Source of the DNA: the human T2T-CHM13v2.0 reference genome, Homo sapiens
DNA: 64,000 bases
Reading direction: 5' to 3' (one strand)
NCBI RefSeq assembly: GCF_009914755.1
Contig: NC_060925.1
Shown here piece by piece: positions 39,520 to 52,895 of this stretch. How positions within the stretch are numbered: the first letter of the stretch is position 1; every line of letters starts with the position of its first letter. The notes beneath the pieces were generated by a model that saw nothing but the letters and a program-made list of their open reading frames with translations, was not told the DNA's origin and made no database searches. Position numbers and translations under genes: made by a program.

Positions 39520-42500
39520 GTCAGAAAACAAGTAACAAAATGGCAGGAGAAAGTCCTTATTTATCAATAATAATCTTGAATGTAAAGGGACTACATTCCT
39601 CAATTAAAAGACACAGATGGTTGAACAGATAAAAGACAAAACAAAATACATGCTACTTACAAGAAATTCACATCAGCTATAAAGACACACATAGACTAAA
39701 AGTCAAAGTATGAAAAAAGATATTTTATGCAAACTGAAACGAAAACAGAGCAGGAGTATGTTTACTTATATCAGATAAAGTGCACTTTAAAAAATAGTAA
39801 AAAGAGACAAAAAATGTTGATATATGATAAAAGAGTCAGTTAAATAAGAAGATATAACAATTATGAATATATGTGCATCCAAAAATGGAGCACTCAAGTA
39901 GATAAAGCAAATATTAACAGATATAAGGAGAGAAATAACCTCTAATACAATATTAATATGGGACTTCATCACCCCACTTTAAGCAATGGACAGATCATCA
40001 GACACAAAATCAACAAAGAAACATCAGACTTAAGCTAAACTCTGGACTAAATGAACTGAAGGGACATTTACAAAGACTTCATCCAACTTCTGCAAAATAC
40101 ATATTATTCTCATAGCACATCGAAAATTCTCCAGAATAGATCACATGTATAACCATAAAACAAGTCTCAAGAAATTAAAAAAAATCTAAAGTATATCAAA
40201 TATATTTTTGACCACATGGAATAAAACCACAAATCAGTAACAAAAGGAATTTAGGAAACTTTATGAATACATAAAAATTTTAAAAATATGCTCCTGAATG
40301 ACCAATGGGTCAATGAAAAATTAAGAAGGAGATTTAAAAATGTATTGAAACAAATAAAAATGGAAACACAACATACCCAAACCTATGGGATACAGCAAAA
40401 GCAGTACTAACAGGGTATTTCATACCAATAAATGCTTACATAATAAAGTAGAAAGACTTCAAGGAAACAACCTAATGATGCACCTCAAACAATTAAAAAT
40501 GTAACAACCAAACACAAAATTAGCACGTGGAATGAAATAATAAAGATCAGAGCAAAAATAAATGAAATTGAGACTAAAAAATTACAAAAGATCAGTGAAA
40601 TAAACGATTTTTTAAAAAGATAAATACATTGAAAAATTTTATCTAGACTGACCACAAAAAGATAGCAAACCCAAATAAATAAAATCACACATGAAAAAGG
40701 AGATAGTGTAACCAATACCAAACAATACTAAGAATCACTGGAAACTATTACGAACAATTATATGCCAACAAATTGGGAAGTCTAGAAAAAAATGGATAAA
40801 TTCTTGGACACACACAGTCTACCAAGATTGTATTATGAGGAAATAGAAATCCTGGACAGACCAATAATGAATAATGAGATCCAAGTAATAAGAAAAATTG
40901 AACTATGAAATAAGAACCCATGCCTGGTTGGCTTCATTGATGAATTTTTACCAAAAATTTTAAGAAAAATAAATACCAATTATCCTCATACTATTTCAAA
41001 AAATTGAGAAGAAGAAATCCTCCCAAGCTCATTCTATGAGGCTAGCATTACCTTGATACTCAAATCAAACAAGGACACAACAAAAAATAAAACTATAGCC
41101 CAATATCCCTGATGAACATAAATGCAAAAATCCTCAAAAAAACACTAGCAAGCTGAATCCAACAACACATTAAAAAATTACTTGTTTTGATCAAATGAGA
41201 CTCATCCTAGGAATGCAAGGATGGTTCAACATACACAAGTCAATAAAAATGATACATCACATCAACAGAATGAAAGACAGAAAAACGTGATCATGTCAAT
41301 AGATGTGGGAAAACATTTGATAAATTTCAACATCCCTTTATGATAAAAAAAACTCTCAGCAAACAGTGTATAGGAAGAATATACCTCAACATAATAAAGG
41401 TCATGAATGACAAACCCACAGCTAATACCATAATGAATTACAAAATATTGAAAGCCTTTCCTCTAAGGTCTCAGACAAGATAAGAATGACCATGTTTACC
41501 ACTTTTATTTAATGTATTACTGGAACTCCTAGCCAGAGCAATTAGGCAAGATAAATAACAAGGACATCCAAATTGGAAAGGAAAAAGTAAAATTATTCCT
41601 TTTTGCAGATTACATGATTTCATATTTGGAAAAACCTAAACTCCACCAAGAAACTATTTGATTTGATAGGAAATTCAGTAAAGTTGCAGGATACAAAATC
41701 AACAAACAGAAATCAGTAGCATTTCTATATTCCAACAGTGAACAATCTGAAAAGAAATCAAGAAAGCAATTCCATTTACAATAGCAAAAATAAAGCAAAA
41801 GAAACAAAAAAACCCCACCTCGAAATAAATTTAATAAAAAAGATGAAAGATCTCTACAATAAAATAAATTAAGCAGAACACAAACAAATGGAATGATATT
41901 TCATGCTAATGGTTTGGAAGAATTAATTGTTTAAATATCCATACTACCGCAATCTACAGATTCAACACAACTCCTATCAAAATGCCATGACTGTCTCTAC
42001 AGAAATAAAAAAAAAATCAACCTTAAAATCCATAGGTAACCACAAAAGACCCTGATTAGCCAAATCAATCATGTGCAGAAATAACAAAACTGAAGGCTTT
42101 ACATGACCTATCTTCCAAATATTCTACAAAGCTAAATTAACCAAAATAGCATAATACTAGAATAAAAACAGACACATAGACAAACGTAAAAGATAGATAG
42201 CCCAGAAATAAGTCCACATATAAAGTCAATTTCTGTTTGACAAAAATATCAAGGACACATATTGGGCAAAAATCTCTTTAATAAACAGTGGTTGGAAAAC
42301 TGGTTTCATATGCATAAGAATGAAACTAGATTCCTATCTCTCATCATACACAAACATTACATCAAAATGAACTAAAGACTAAATGTAAGACATGAAACTA
42401 TGAAGCTACCAGAAGAAAACATTGGAAAAATTCTTGCCAGGCTTGGACTGGGCAAAAATCTTCTGGGTAAGACCTCATAAACATAAGCAACAAAAGCAAA

Positions 42501-42744
42501 AATAGAGAAATCGGATTATGTCAAGTTTAAAAGCTCCTGTTCAGCAAAAGTAACAATCATCAGAGTGAAGAGATAATCTAAAGAATGGGATAAAATACTT
42601 GCAAACTATCCATCTGCCAGGGAATTAATAACTAGAATATATAATGAACTCAAACAACTCAATAGCAAAACACCACATAATCCAATTTAAAAATGGGCAA
42701 ATTATCTGAATATGCATTTCTCAAAAGATAGCATACAAATGGCC
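39520..42744 (+). mobile_element. 3.2-kb L1MA-type ORF2 fragment lacking both ORF1/5'UTR and 3'UTR/polyA
   Basis: ORF2 start MAGESPYLSIIILNVKGL at 39540, then endonuclease and RT remnants ('ttttgcagattacatgatt'); ends abruptly at 'caaatggcc'. Confidence 0.85.
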
Positions 42745-45158
42745 TTTTAAAAATGTGATTATAGTGTTTCTCCTTGTGCACCTCTTTAAGTTTATCCTAC
42801 CTGGAATTTATTTACCTTCTTTTATTTGCATATCTATTTTTTACCTCAAAATTGAATGTTTTTAGTCATTATTTATTTAAATAAGCTCTCTTTCTATTTT
42901 TCTGCTCTTTTCTAAGAATTGATCAGTTAGATGTTGTTCCATAATTCCTTTAGGCTTTGTTCACTTTTCTTCATTTGGTTTCTTTTTGGTCCTCAGACTA
43001 AATAATTTCAATGACTTTTATCCATGTTTACTTATTTTTTTTCTTCTGCCTATGCAAGTCTGCTGTTGATCTCCTTTAGTAAAACTTTAACTTCAGTTAT
43101 ATTATTTTTCTAATCCAGAATTTCTTTTTGGTGATTTTTTACAGTTTCTATCTCTGTTGATATTCACATTTGTTAATATATTGGTTTCCTAATTTTTCTA
43201 GTTCTGCGTCCATGTTTTTCCTTTAGCTCACTGAGCATGTTTATGATGGTTAGTTTAATATCTTTGTCTAGTAAGTACAAAGCCTGTATTTCTTCAGGGT
43301 TGATTAATAGAAATTTATTACTTTTAATTGTCCATGTTTCCTTGTATCTTTGTATGTTCACCGAGTTTTTTTATAAGTTGGACATTTGGAAAAATAGTCA
43401 CCTCTTCCAATCTTTGCAGACCGGCTCTGTGAGGGAGAGACCTTCATTAATCTGACTGGCATAAATACTTAAAGTCTTCTCAGGAATTTTCTGGACATAT
43501 ATCTTCCCTGGGCCTATGCATGCACATTTTCCCCATATTGCCCTCATACAAAGCTGTATTTAATGTCTTAAAATTGCTACATGCCTCATCCCTGCCTCTT
43601 CTCAGGGCCTTGGATATTCTACTCTATTTGTCTTTCTGCAATTTCTTGTTCCCAGTGCCCACAGTGATTCAGTCTCGCTAATGTTTCTGCATGTCACAGA
43701 GCCCACTATAGATTTCAGAGGCCTGCAATCTGAGATCCTAACTATGCCACGATTCCTGTTTGAGCTCTGAGTCAGGCAAGACAGAATCCCATACTCTGGG
43801 AGCCGATGGACAAGACAAAACACTGCCACCAATTTCTTCTTTATTTACTTCTATCCCAAGGGAGTAACTAAAATTGGGGCAGCTTCCTTTTGACAACACT
43901 ATGCTGTGGCAAGGGGAGGATGAGGCATGAGTAAGTAAAAACTTTTTGAATTCTTCAACCATTTTGTAGGTTTTTTCTTCTGGATTATATGCTCTCTTGG
44001 CTTCTGCAGATTCTTGGGTGGTTTCTGGAACTCCCGTAGAGCTATTTTATACACCCCGTTGTTTACCTGATGTTTCCTCAGGGCAATGAGGGCCAGGTGC
44101 TTCCTAGTCACCACATTGCTGATGTCACCTTGTGGTGATCTCTGAAAGCTCACATTTCATAAGGGAATTTTCCCTAACACATTTTGGGCTGTGGATGTCT
44201 CCTATTGACATGACTTTTGTCCTTACAGTGGAGAAAGGAGTTTTCAACTCAAAATGGTGGCTTTAGTCACAGCTCCATCACAGCAGACAATGGGTATAGT
44301 TTAAGATTTTTGTCTTTTTCTTTCTTTTGGCCTGACTACTTGTTTCTGGTCATTACATGAACCATACTTGGAATTAACACATCAATTATTCTTTGTAAGT
44401 AATCAGGTGTGTCTCCATTATAATTAAAAATTATCTATTTATAAAGATTATAGTTTATTGCAGGAGATTTCAGTGTTTACTATATCTTATCTTGGTTCCC
44501 TAACTATCTTGTACTCCTTCTACTACATGGTCACTAAAATCTATCTTTAGGTTAAAAGCCTCTGGGTCACACATTTCTAGAATAGTAGCAGCTGCAGGAC
44601 CCAGGGTTTATTATGTCTTTGAGCACTTCTTTTTAAATGTTATGCTTTCTATTTTTTTTCTCAGAATGCTGAATTTTGCTGTTTGCTCTTCATTATCTAA
44701 CTTACTAGAATCTTCTTTATAATAATTTTAATGTCTTTGGTCTTTTGCATTTCTTTTTTTTTGTCATTTCTCAGGTCTAGCTACCATTTTTATGTTTTGT
44801 AATATTGTATCTGTGTTACTCTAATATGACTTTAACTCCTATAATATTTTTTATTTTTATAATTTTATGCTGGTCTCTGATTATTTTCTATTTTCTTTTG
44901 CCTTATATTCTCTTTTAAGAGCTATTTTATCTTTATTTTGAGCTCTCTCTCAGTAAATATCATACTCTCTTTTCTATTCCTGCACCTGATCATTTTTTAG
45001 AGTACTCTTGAGACATTTCTGTTGTAGTATTTGTTATTTAACTTAACTGCTTACATTTATTCCTTCAATTAAAAAAATAATGCTCTTTTTAATGCTCTTC
45101 TTTCTGATTACTTCTTATTTTTAGCAGGGTTGGCTATGTTCTAGAGTAACGTTGTGAC

Positions 45159-46301
45159 CAAGGCAATACCATCCTGGACATGAAAACAGGCAAAGATTTC
45201 ATGACAAAGACACAAAAGCAATTGCAATAAAAGCAATTATTGACAAGTGGGATCACATAAGAGCTTCTGCACAGCAAAAGAAACTATCAACAGAGTAAAC
45301 AGACAATGTACAGAATGAGAGAAAATATTTGCAAACTATGCATCTTTGGTCTAATATCAAGCATCTATAAGGAACTTAAACACATTTACAAGAGAAAAAC
45401 GAACAACCCCATTAAAAAGTGGGCAAAGGACATGAACAGACATTTCTGAAAAGAAGACATACATGTGGCCAATAAACATATGAAAAAAAGCTCATCACTG
45501 GTCATTAGAAAAATGCAAATGAAAACCACAGTGAGATACCATTTCACACCATTCAGAATAGCTATTATTAAAAAGTCAAAAAATAACAGATACTGGTGAG
45601 GTCACAGAGGAAAGGGAACACTTTACACGATTGGTGGGGATGTAAGTTAGTTCAACCATTGTGGAAATAATTATGGTGATCCCTCAAAGAGCTAAAAACA
45701 CAACTACCATTCAACCCAGCAATCCCATTACTGGGTATATACACAGAGAGACATGTATCATTTTACCATAAAGACACATGTGTGCAAATGTTAATTGCAG
45801 CACTATTCACAATAGGAAAGATACAGAATCAATCTAAATGCCCATCAATGACAGATTGGGTAAAGAAAATGTGGTACATATACACCATGGACTACTATGG
45901 AGCCATGAAAAAGAAGGATATCATGTCTTTTGTGGGAACACGGATGAAGTTGGAGGCTATTATACTAAGCAAACTAACACAGGAACAGAAAACCAAATAC
46001 CACATGTTCTCACTTATAAGAGGAAGCTAAATGATAATAACTTTGTGAACACAAAGAAGGAAACAACAGAAGTCAGGATCTACTTGAGGGGGGAAAGCAG
46101 GAGGAGGGAAAGGAGTAGAAAAGATAACTATTGGGTACTGGGCTTAACACCTGGGTTAATCACCCAGGTGTTATATATATATTATATATATAACATATAC
46201 AACATAATTAATTATATACAACAAACCCTCATGACATATGTTTACTTATGTAACAAACCTTCACATGCACCCCCAAACTTAAACATAAAAGTTTAAAAAA
46301 A
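45159..46301 (+). mobile_element. L1PA (PA13/PA14-like) 3' fragment
   Basis: ORF2 C-terminus (ORF 45782-46030), 3'UTR 'agaaaagataactattgggtactgggcttaa' and a short A tail. Confidence 0.88.
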
Positions 46302-46304
46302 GGA

Positions 46305-46306
<2 letters not shown>

Positions 46307-46347
<41 letters not shown>
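46307..46347. repeat. (TG)n microsatellite
   Basis: About 20 TG units. Confidence 0.95.
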
Positions 46348-46348
<1 letters not shown>

Positions 46349-48139
46349 TATTAAGGTTGCAGGGAAGTGTAAAGCCAGGAATTACTTTCAAATATTGTAT
46401 TTGAAACTGACATGAGTGGGGCCAGAACATCTTCTATATCTGTTTTCTTTTCTAGGATAAGTCTAATTTTGAATTTGGTTTTCATGGGGTCTCCATGGCT
46501 AAAAACAAGGCTCCATAAACTCTGTTTTTAAAACTGACAGTTATCCTCCTCAATTTATTTCTTCTGATGCTTTTGTCTCAAGCAGAGACAAAATCCTCCT
46601 TATTTCTTCTGATGCTTTTGTCTCAACCAGAAATTTTATGTCAGCAAGTTTTGTTCTTCAACAATGCTTTTGCTATTTTCCTGTTGTATTGCACAGAATT
46701 TTTTTCAGAGATATTACCATGATTTTAAGCACATTTTTATTATGTTCTGGCACTCAGAACATCTAATTAGCTCTCAGAACATAGATTTCAGAGTGTTTAC
46801 TGAAGTTCTTTGAAGATCTGCTTCTTTCTCTGGTTCATCGAAGATGAAATTTTCTTCTGTTTTGCAATTTTTATATTAGTTTAATAAAGGGGAGCAAGAT
46901 AAAAATATCTTATATGTCACTGAAAGCCTCATTTAAGGGTTTAAAAAAGTTCCCATTAATTCTCATGTTATACCTTCTTCTGACAAAAGATGAGATACAT
47001 TGTTTTACAAATTAAGGAAACTACAGTTCAATTGTTAAGATTAATGTTATTAAAATATAATGTGGAATTAAATCTGGGATTCCATTTTTATGTTTTCTAT
47101 GCTTTATACAATGTTTCATTTAATACCTTAGTAAAATCCTTTACTGTATAGAGTAGGTGTGATAAAACACTCAAAAATACTTGGAGATATTTCTACTGAG
47201 GTTGATCTCTTCTTTTGCTTGTCAGGTATGGCTTGTGTCTCTAGTGCTTCTCATAAGGAAACTTCCCTCTCAGGAAGTTAAAGGCCATTGATTCCTCAGG
47301 GCCTTGATAGAGTTGATGAACTGAAGTCTTTTCAGATAGCAGGAGTTTCTTCACTTCTACAGTTGAAGTGTTCTTAGTGCCCAAGCTTAGGTTTCCTTTT
47401 GACCAGCAGTTTGAACAGAGTACTGCCTGTGTGTATCCCATAGGATTAAAATAGGTTACTCCAAATGCACTGAAAATTTTTACAAAATAAAATCCCAATC
47501 TCTCCAATTTGGCAATGAACAGGATATCTTTATTCAGGAAGGATGATGGATTATCCTTAAATCTTAAACCTTGTGTTTCTCCTTCACTTTTGGAATCTCT
47601 CAGTGATTAAGTTGTATTTACAGCACAGTATAGTACTGTTCTAGAACACTTACATATTATTTTACTAAAGCTAAGGAATAAAAAAAATACACAGAGTGTA
47701 ATAGGCAGGTAGATCATCTGGTTGAAAATTGATGTATTTATTTTCAGCTCCCTTCTTGATTTCCTGATTCCCTCCTTTTAGCAGAAGTCTTGTTTAGCCA
47801 TTTTCCCTCATTTGGAAGAGTCTCAGAAGACCAAATACAAAAAGGAGAGACATAGAGGGAGTCAGAAATTTTCATTCCCACTTAATAAAGAGCTACTTTA
47901 ACAGTTCTGCATTCTTCTCTAAGAACTCTTATATTCTTATTATCGATGCCAGGACTATGTATCTCCTTTCTGAATAACAAAGACATATTGACTTATCTTA
48001 TTGACTCTAAAAGTTAAACATATCAGAGTATATTGCAATAAATGCAGCATATATACAAGAAGTAGTAATTAAGTGAAACAGGATATTTTTTGAATACTCT
48101 GTGGCTCGTAGGGAAAGTAACACCATCAACATCAAACAC

Positions 48140-48318
48140 TGGCATTTATTGGCTTGCTTGCTTCCTCTGTGTTAAATGCATTATCTCATTTGATCCTCAA
48201 TGACATATGAGCTGGCTATTAGTATTACTCCACATGACAGGTAAATAAACTAAAGCTTAAAGAGGCCATACAACTTGCCTATGGTCACACAACTTGTTAA
48301 TGCTGAGGTCAAAATTGT
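48140..48318 (-). mobile_element. MIR SINE
   Basis: 'cattatctcatttgatcctcaa...aaactaaagcttaaagagg..caacttgcctatggtcacacaact'. Confidence 0.75.
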
Positions 48319-50437
48319 TCTAGTCAGTTTGTTAGGCGAGGCTATCCAATTATTTCTTGCAGCCCATCCCCAATTTCCTGCTTAAGGGCTGGATATGTCT
48401 CTAACTTTCTGCATTTTTTTCAGTGTTTCTGATGGGACTGGACAAGAAATGGATAAGCAGCTTTTGAGCAGTAACATGGCTAATCAGGAAAATACTGCTT
48501 ATCCATGAGCTAGGGCCCAAAGGCTGTATTATGTGGAGGGCTGTGGTGAATTTAGTGCTTCGCATGGTAGGTGAGTATCACCAGCCTTTTTACCTGCATG
48601 GAACCCTGAAAGAAGTCAGAGAGGTCGTCTTTAGGGAAAAGTTATAGAAAACTTGAATTGATTGGAAATAATTTTTAATAAATTAATGCATTACCCCAAA
48701 TCTTCAAACATTTTAGTCTTACATTAACATAAACTGTGTTCTTAAAAACTATTTTTAATTTGATGAAATAATAATAATCAGGTTGATAAGTATTTGGGTA
48801 TACCTAAAGAAAATTCTAGGTCAAAATGGGAATTTACATTGAGCTTTGCTTTTATTTTGTTAGTATTTAATGATGAATTCTTTATGCGTGCCTCTTTTGA
48901 TGTCTTAAGTTATTCTAAGACAGTTAGAAGACCTTAAGCAAGATTAATTAGATGATGAAGTTAAGATGATTACAAAAGAAGAGACTACTTAGGTTGTACC
49001 TAAAAATAATATTTAAACTTTTAATTGATCCAATAAGTAGACCCAGGAAACTAGTCCAATTATTTTTTCTATCATTATTTTTTATCACTAGGAAAGTTAA
49101 AGTGTTCTAAAGAGGACATATCAGCTTTTAACAATGATTTTCTGAAAAACATCTCAGAAATCATCACTAGTCCTTTCAGGTTTGGGTTCAGATAGAGTCA
49201 GCTGTGATGAAAATAAATTGATACGCTGTAAAGAGGACTAGCAGGATAATTTATTTTCAGGAGAAGCCCAAATAATAATTCAGAGAGATTTCAAGATGAA
49301 CTGTATCCTGGAGTTTAAAAAAAATCTAATTACCCTGACTACTGCATTTCTTAGCAAATCAAACTTTGCTTTTGTATCTGGGCTACAAAGGCAGTATACT
49401 AGTAGAGCTTTATAGAGGACTTTTTCATTAATATCTATAGATTTTTCAAGTTATCGAGAGTAAAATTTTTACATTTTCAGAGAGCTTGGTTCAGAGTGGT
49501 AATTTTTCCCAAGTAAGTGTATTTATCACTAAACCCAGATTCTTAATTCTCTTCTTTAGTGATTACATGTATTTCAAGCCTAATTATTTCAACACTAAAA
49601 TCATATAATTTGAAAATCAGGAAATATATTTCATTTGTCTCGTTTCATTACATTCATTTATTGTTTTTCTTATATACTGGTTAATATGTATTTTTATTTA
49701 TCATTGTCATGGAGTTTTAAAAATCTACTGTTTGCACACCTTGCTACTTCTTCAATTTACAATGCATTTTAGATGCCCTTGCCTGATAAAAGCACCTGAA
49801 CAAATTATAGCCAAGAGAACAATAACACATGCCACCATTGCAGGTTTAAAATACCATAATCTTTAACTGTCTTGTCCAAGGGTTTCTTGTCTTCCTTTGT
49901 GTGAATATTTAATTGCTCAGGATAATCCTATTTATGTTGTCAGGAAGAAGAAAAATATAGTGCATTCTGAATATAACCTTCTTTATTAAATATTCTACTA
50001 GCATCCCTCGTGGTTGCTGAATTGTACAAGCTATTGAAATAGATCTGGGAGTCAACAAGAACCCTGATTACAAATAACCAACTACACTTTATTAATCTTC
50101 TAAATAGCTACACAAATGTTCTTTTTCTCCCAATTTCTTGGAAGAAAAGCAGCATAATGGGTAGATCAATGAAGCTAACAACAAAGAAAGGAACACCGTA
50201 ATTTGATTTTTAAAGTTATAATTCATTATTGTAATTACTTTAGTCTTCTCAACCACAAGGAAACTTAATACTATTTCTGCTTCCTTATGATAGTGCAATT
50301 TTTGAAGTTAAAAGATAAATATTAAAAGATTTACAGCTGTAGATGAATAATTGTATATTTAATTATATGTGTATTATAATTAATTTTATTGTATTTCAAA
50401 AGAAATTTAAAAGCCTAATAAATAACTGGAAAATTTT

Positions 50438-50732
50438 TGGTCAAAGGATGGAAATGTTTACTTATGTGAGATGAATACATTATGGAGGTCTAATGTATAG
50501 CATGGTGACTACAGTTAATAATACCATATTGTATACTTAAATTTGCTGAGAGATGACCTTAAGCTTTCTCACCACACACACACACACACAAAGAAACCAT
50601 AACTCTGTGAGATGATTAATATGCTAATGATCTTGATTTTGATAAGCATTTCAAAATGAATATGCATATCAAAATAGCACAATGTATACTTTAAATATAT
50701 ACAATTTTTATTTGTCAAGTATACATCAATAG
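50438..50732 (+). mobile_element. L1MA9-like 3' end
   Basis: 'ctaatgtatagcatggtgactacagttaataataccatattgtatactt...tacaatttttatttgtcaa'. Confidence 0.8.
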
Positions 50733-52106
50733 AGGTGGACAGAAGGATGCTGCTAAAAAATGATAGTGACAATAAGGTAGTGACTGTGTAGATATAAATA
50801 AAAGTATACGGTTTTAAAATCCAAATTCAAGCAGGTGTTTGAAATGCAAACAGGAAGTCATTATATCAGGGTCATATAAGACATAATATGTAGAAAGGAA
50901 TTAAAAGCTAAATTGGCATGCAATTTAAGAGTCGGCAAAGCTTTTAGGCTTGAACTTAATTAGCAGAGTGGCATAATTACTAAAGAGACCTCCACAAAGT
51001 GAGAAACAGAGGAGGGCAAGAAGTACAGCTAGCAGGAAGGAAATAAACTTAGAGGAATCAGATTTAAAAGAGCATTAATAGAGAAAGAATGAGAGAGGTA
51101 GAGAGCTATACAGTGATGTGATAAAATACATACATCTTATAGGTATTAATAATGTAAAAAATGCATGCATTGGTTTGGCATTTTGAACAACTATGTATTT
51201 AGGGTAACCAAAGAGTTATGGTTAACATCTGTTTTACTTATTTTTTAAATATGTAATTAAATATTTAGCTCGTTTAATTAATTTTATATCCCTTTTGTTG
51301 ATATGTTTTGTTTGTATATTTTGTTGAATATTGTTTCAGTTTGTATCCCTTTGTTATTGTGTATATATATTCAATATCATATCCCTTTTATTGAGTAAGT
51401 ATAGGTAATTACCATATCTATATATGTTAATTAATTCTGTATCCCTTTTAATGGATATCTTTATGATGACAGAGTAATACAAATTGTTCCAGAAATCAGA
51501 AAACTTAGATTATTCCTTACTCTATATAAATCACTGGATATAGTTGTCTATTATAAAATGGAAATAATGACACCAGCTATGCTTACTTCAGAAAGTTAAA
51601 TATGCAAGTTTATCATTAGTGGCCATTGGTCTTTCTTTTTGAATCCTGAACTACCAAACTGTCCCCTGCCTGTATTCCTGCCGCCCAGGACCTACACAGT
51701 ATTTACTATCCTACTATCTTTTGTTCTGTTACCTTATTTCACAGATTCTGAAATACTTAAAAAAAAAAAACTCCTGTAAAATTGGGATAAACTTTACCAT
51801 GTCTAGGAGCTTATAATCACTGCTGGCTAGTCAGCATCGTTGTTTAGTGCCACTGGATATGTGAACTTGGCTATTATTTCTTATTAGACAATGATACTCC
51901 CTCAGTGTTTCTGTGTACAAACCATTTTAAAACCACTTGAGGAAAGATTATGTGTCACTTTCTAATATAATCAAGAAAGTGACAATAACAAAATATGGAA
52001 AGTTTGGAAGAAAATTCTATTGCCAGTTTGTATGCTAGTCTTGTGAAAAAACATAAATAGTTCTGAGTTGAAAAATCATTCAGAAGAATCAGACTCTGAA
52101 AGTAAT

Positions 52107-52895
52107 TTTTTTTAAACTTTTATTTTAGGTTCGGGGTATGGGTGCAGGTTTGTTATATAAGTAAACTGCACATCATGGGGGTTTGGTGTACAGATTATTT
52201 TGTTATCCAGGTAATAAGCATAGTACCCAATAAGTAGTTTTTTTGTTTCTCTGTCTCCTCCCACTCTTTACCCTCAAATAGGCCCCAGTATCTGTTGTTC
52301 CTCTCTATGTGTCCATGTGTTCTCATTGTTTAGCGTCTGCTTATAAGTGAGAACATGCAGTATTTGGTTTTCTCTTCCTGCATTAATTTGTTTAGGATGA
52401 TAGCCTCCAGCTCTATCTGTGTTCCTGCAAAGGAAATGATCTCATTCTTTTTTCATTACTACATAGTATTCCATGGTATATTTATATATATCACATTTTA
52501 TTTATTCAGTCTACTGTTGATGGACATTCAGTTTGATTCTAGTTTTTGCTATTGTTAATACTGCTCTGATAAAGATATGCATGCATGTGTTTTATCGTAG
52601 AATAATTTATATCACTTTGGGTATATACCCAATAATGGAATTGCTGGGTCAAATAGTAATTCTATTTTAAGTTCTTTGAGGAATTGTCACATTGCTTTCC
52701 ACAAGAGTTGAACTAATTTACATTCCCACCAACAGTATGTAAGCGTTCCCTTTTCTCCACAACCTCACCAGCATCTGTTAGTTTTTGACTTTTTTAATAG
52801 TAGCCATTCTGACTGGTTTGAGATGTTATCTCGTGGTTTTGATTTGCATTTCTCTGATGATTAGTAATGTTGAGCATTTTTTCATATTCTTGTTG
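52107..52895 (-). mobile_element. L1PA15/16-like 3' fragment
   Basis: 'ggtttggtgtacagattattttgttatccaggtaataagcatagtaccc'. TSD gaaagtaat (52098-52106 / 52896-52904). Confidence 0.88.

Noticed and set aside
44560-45130. T-rich stretch, possibly an ancient L1/HAL1 remnant (similar ones at 24.2-24.75 kb and 53.5-54.1 kb)
   Set aside because: Too diverged to call by eye.
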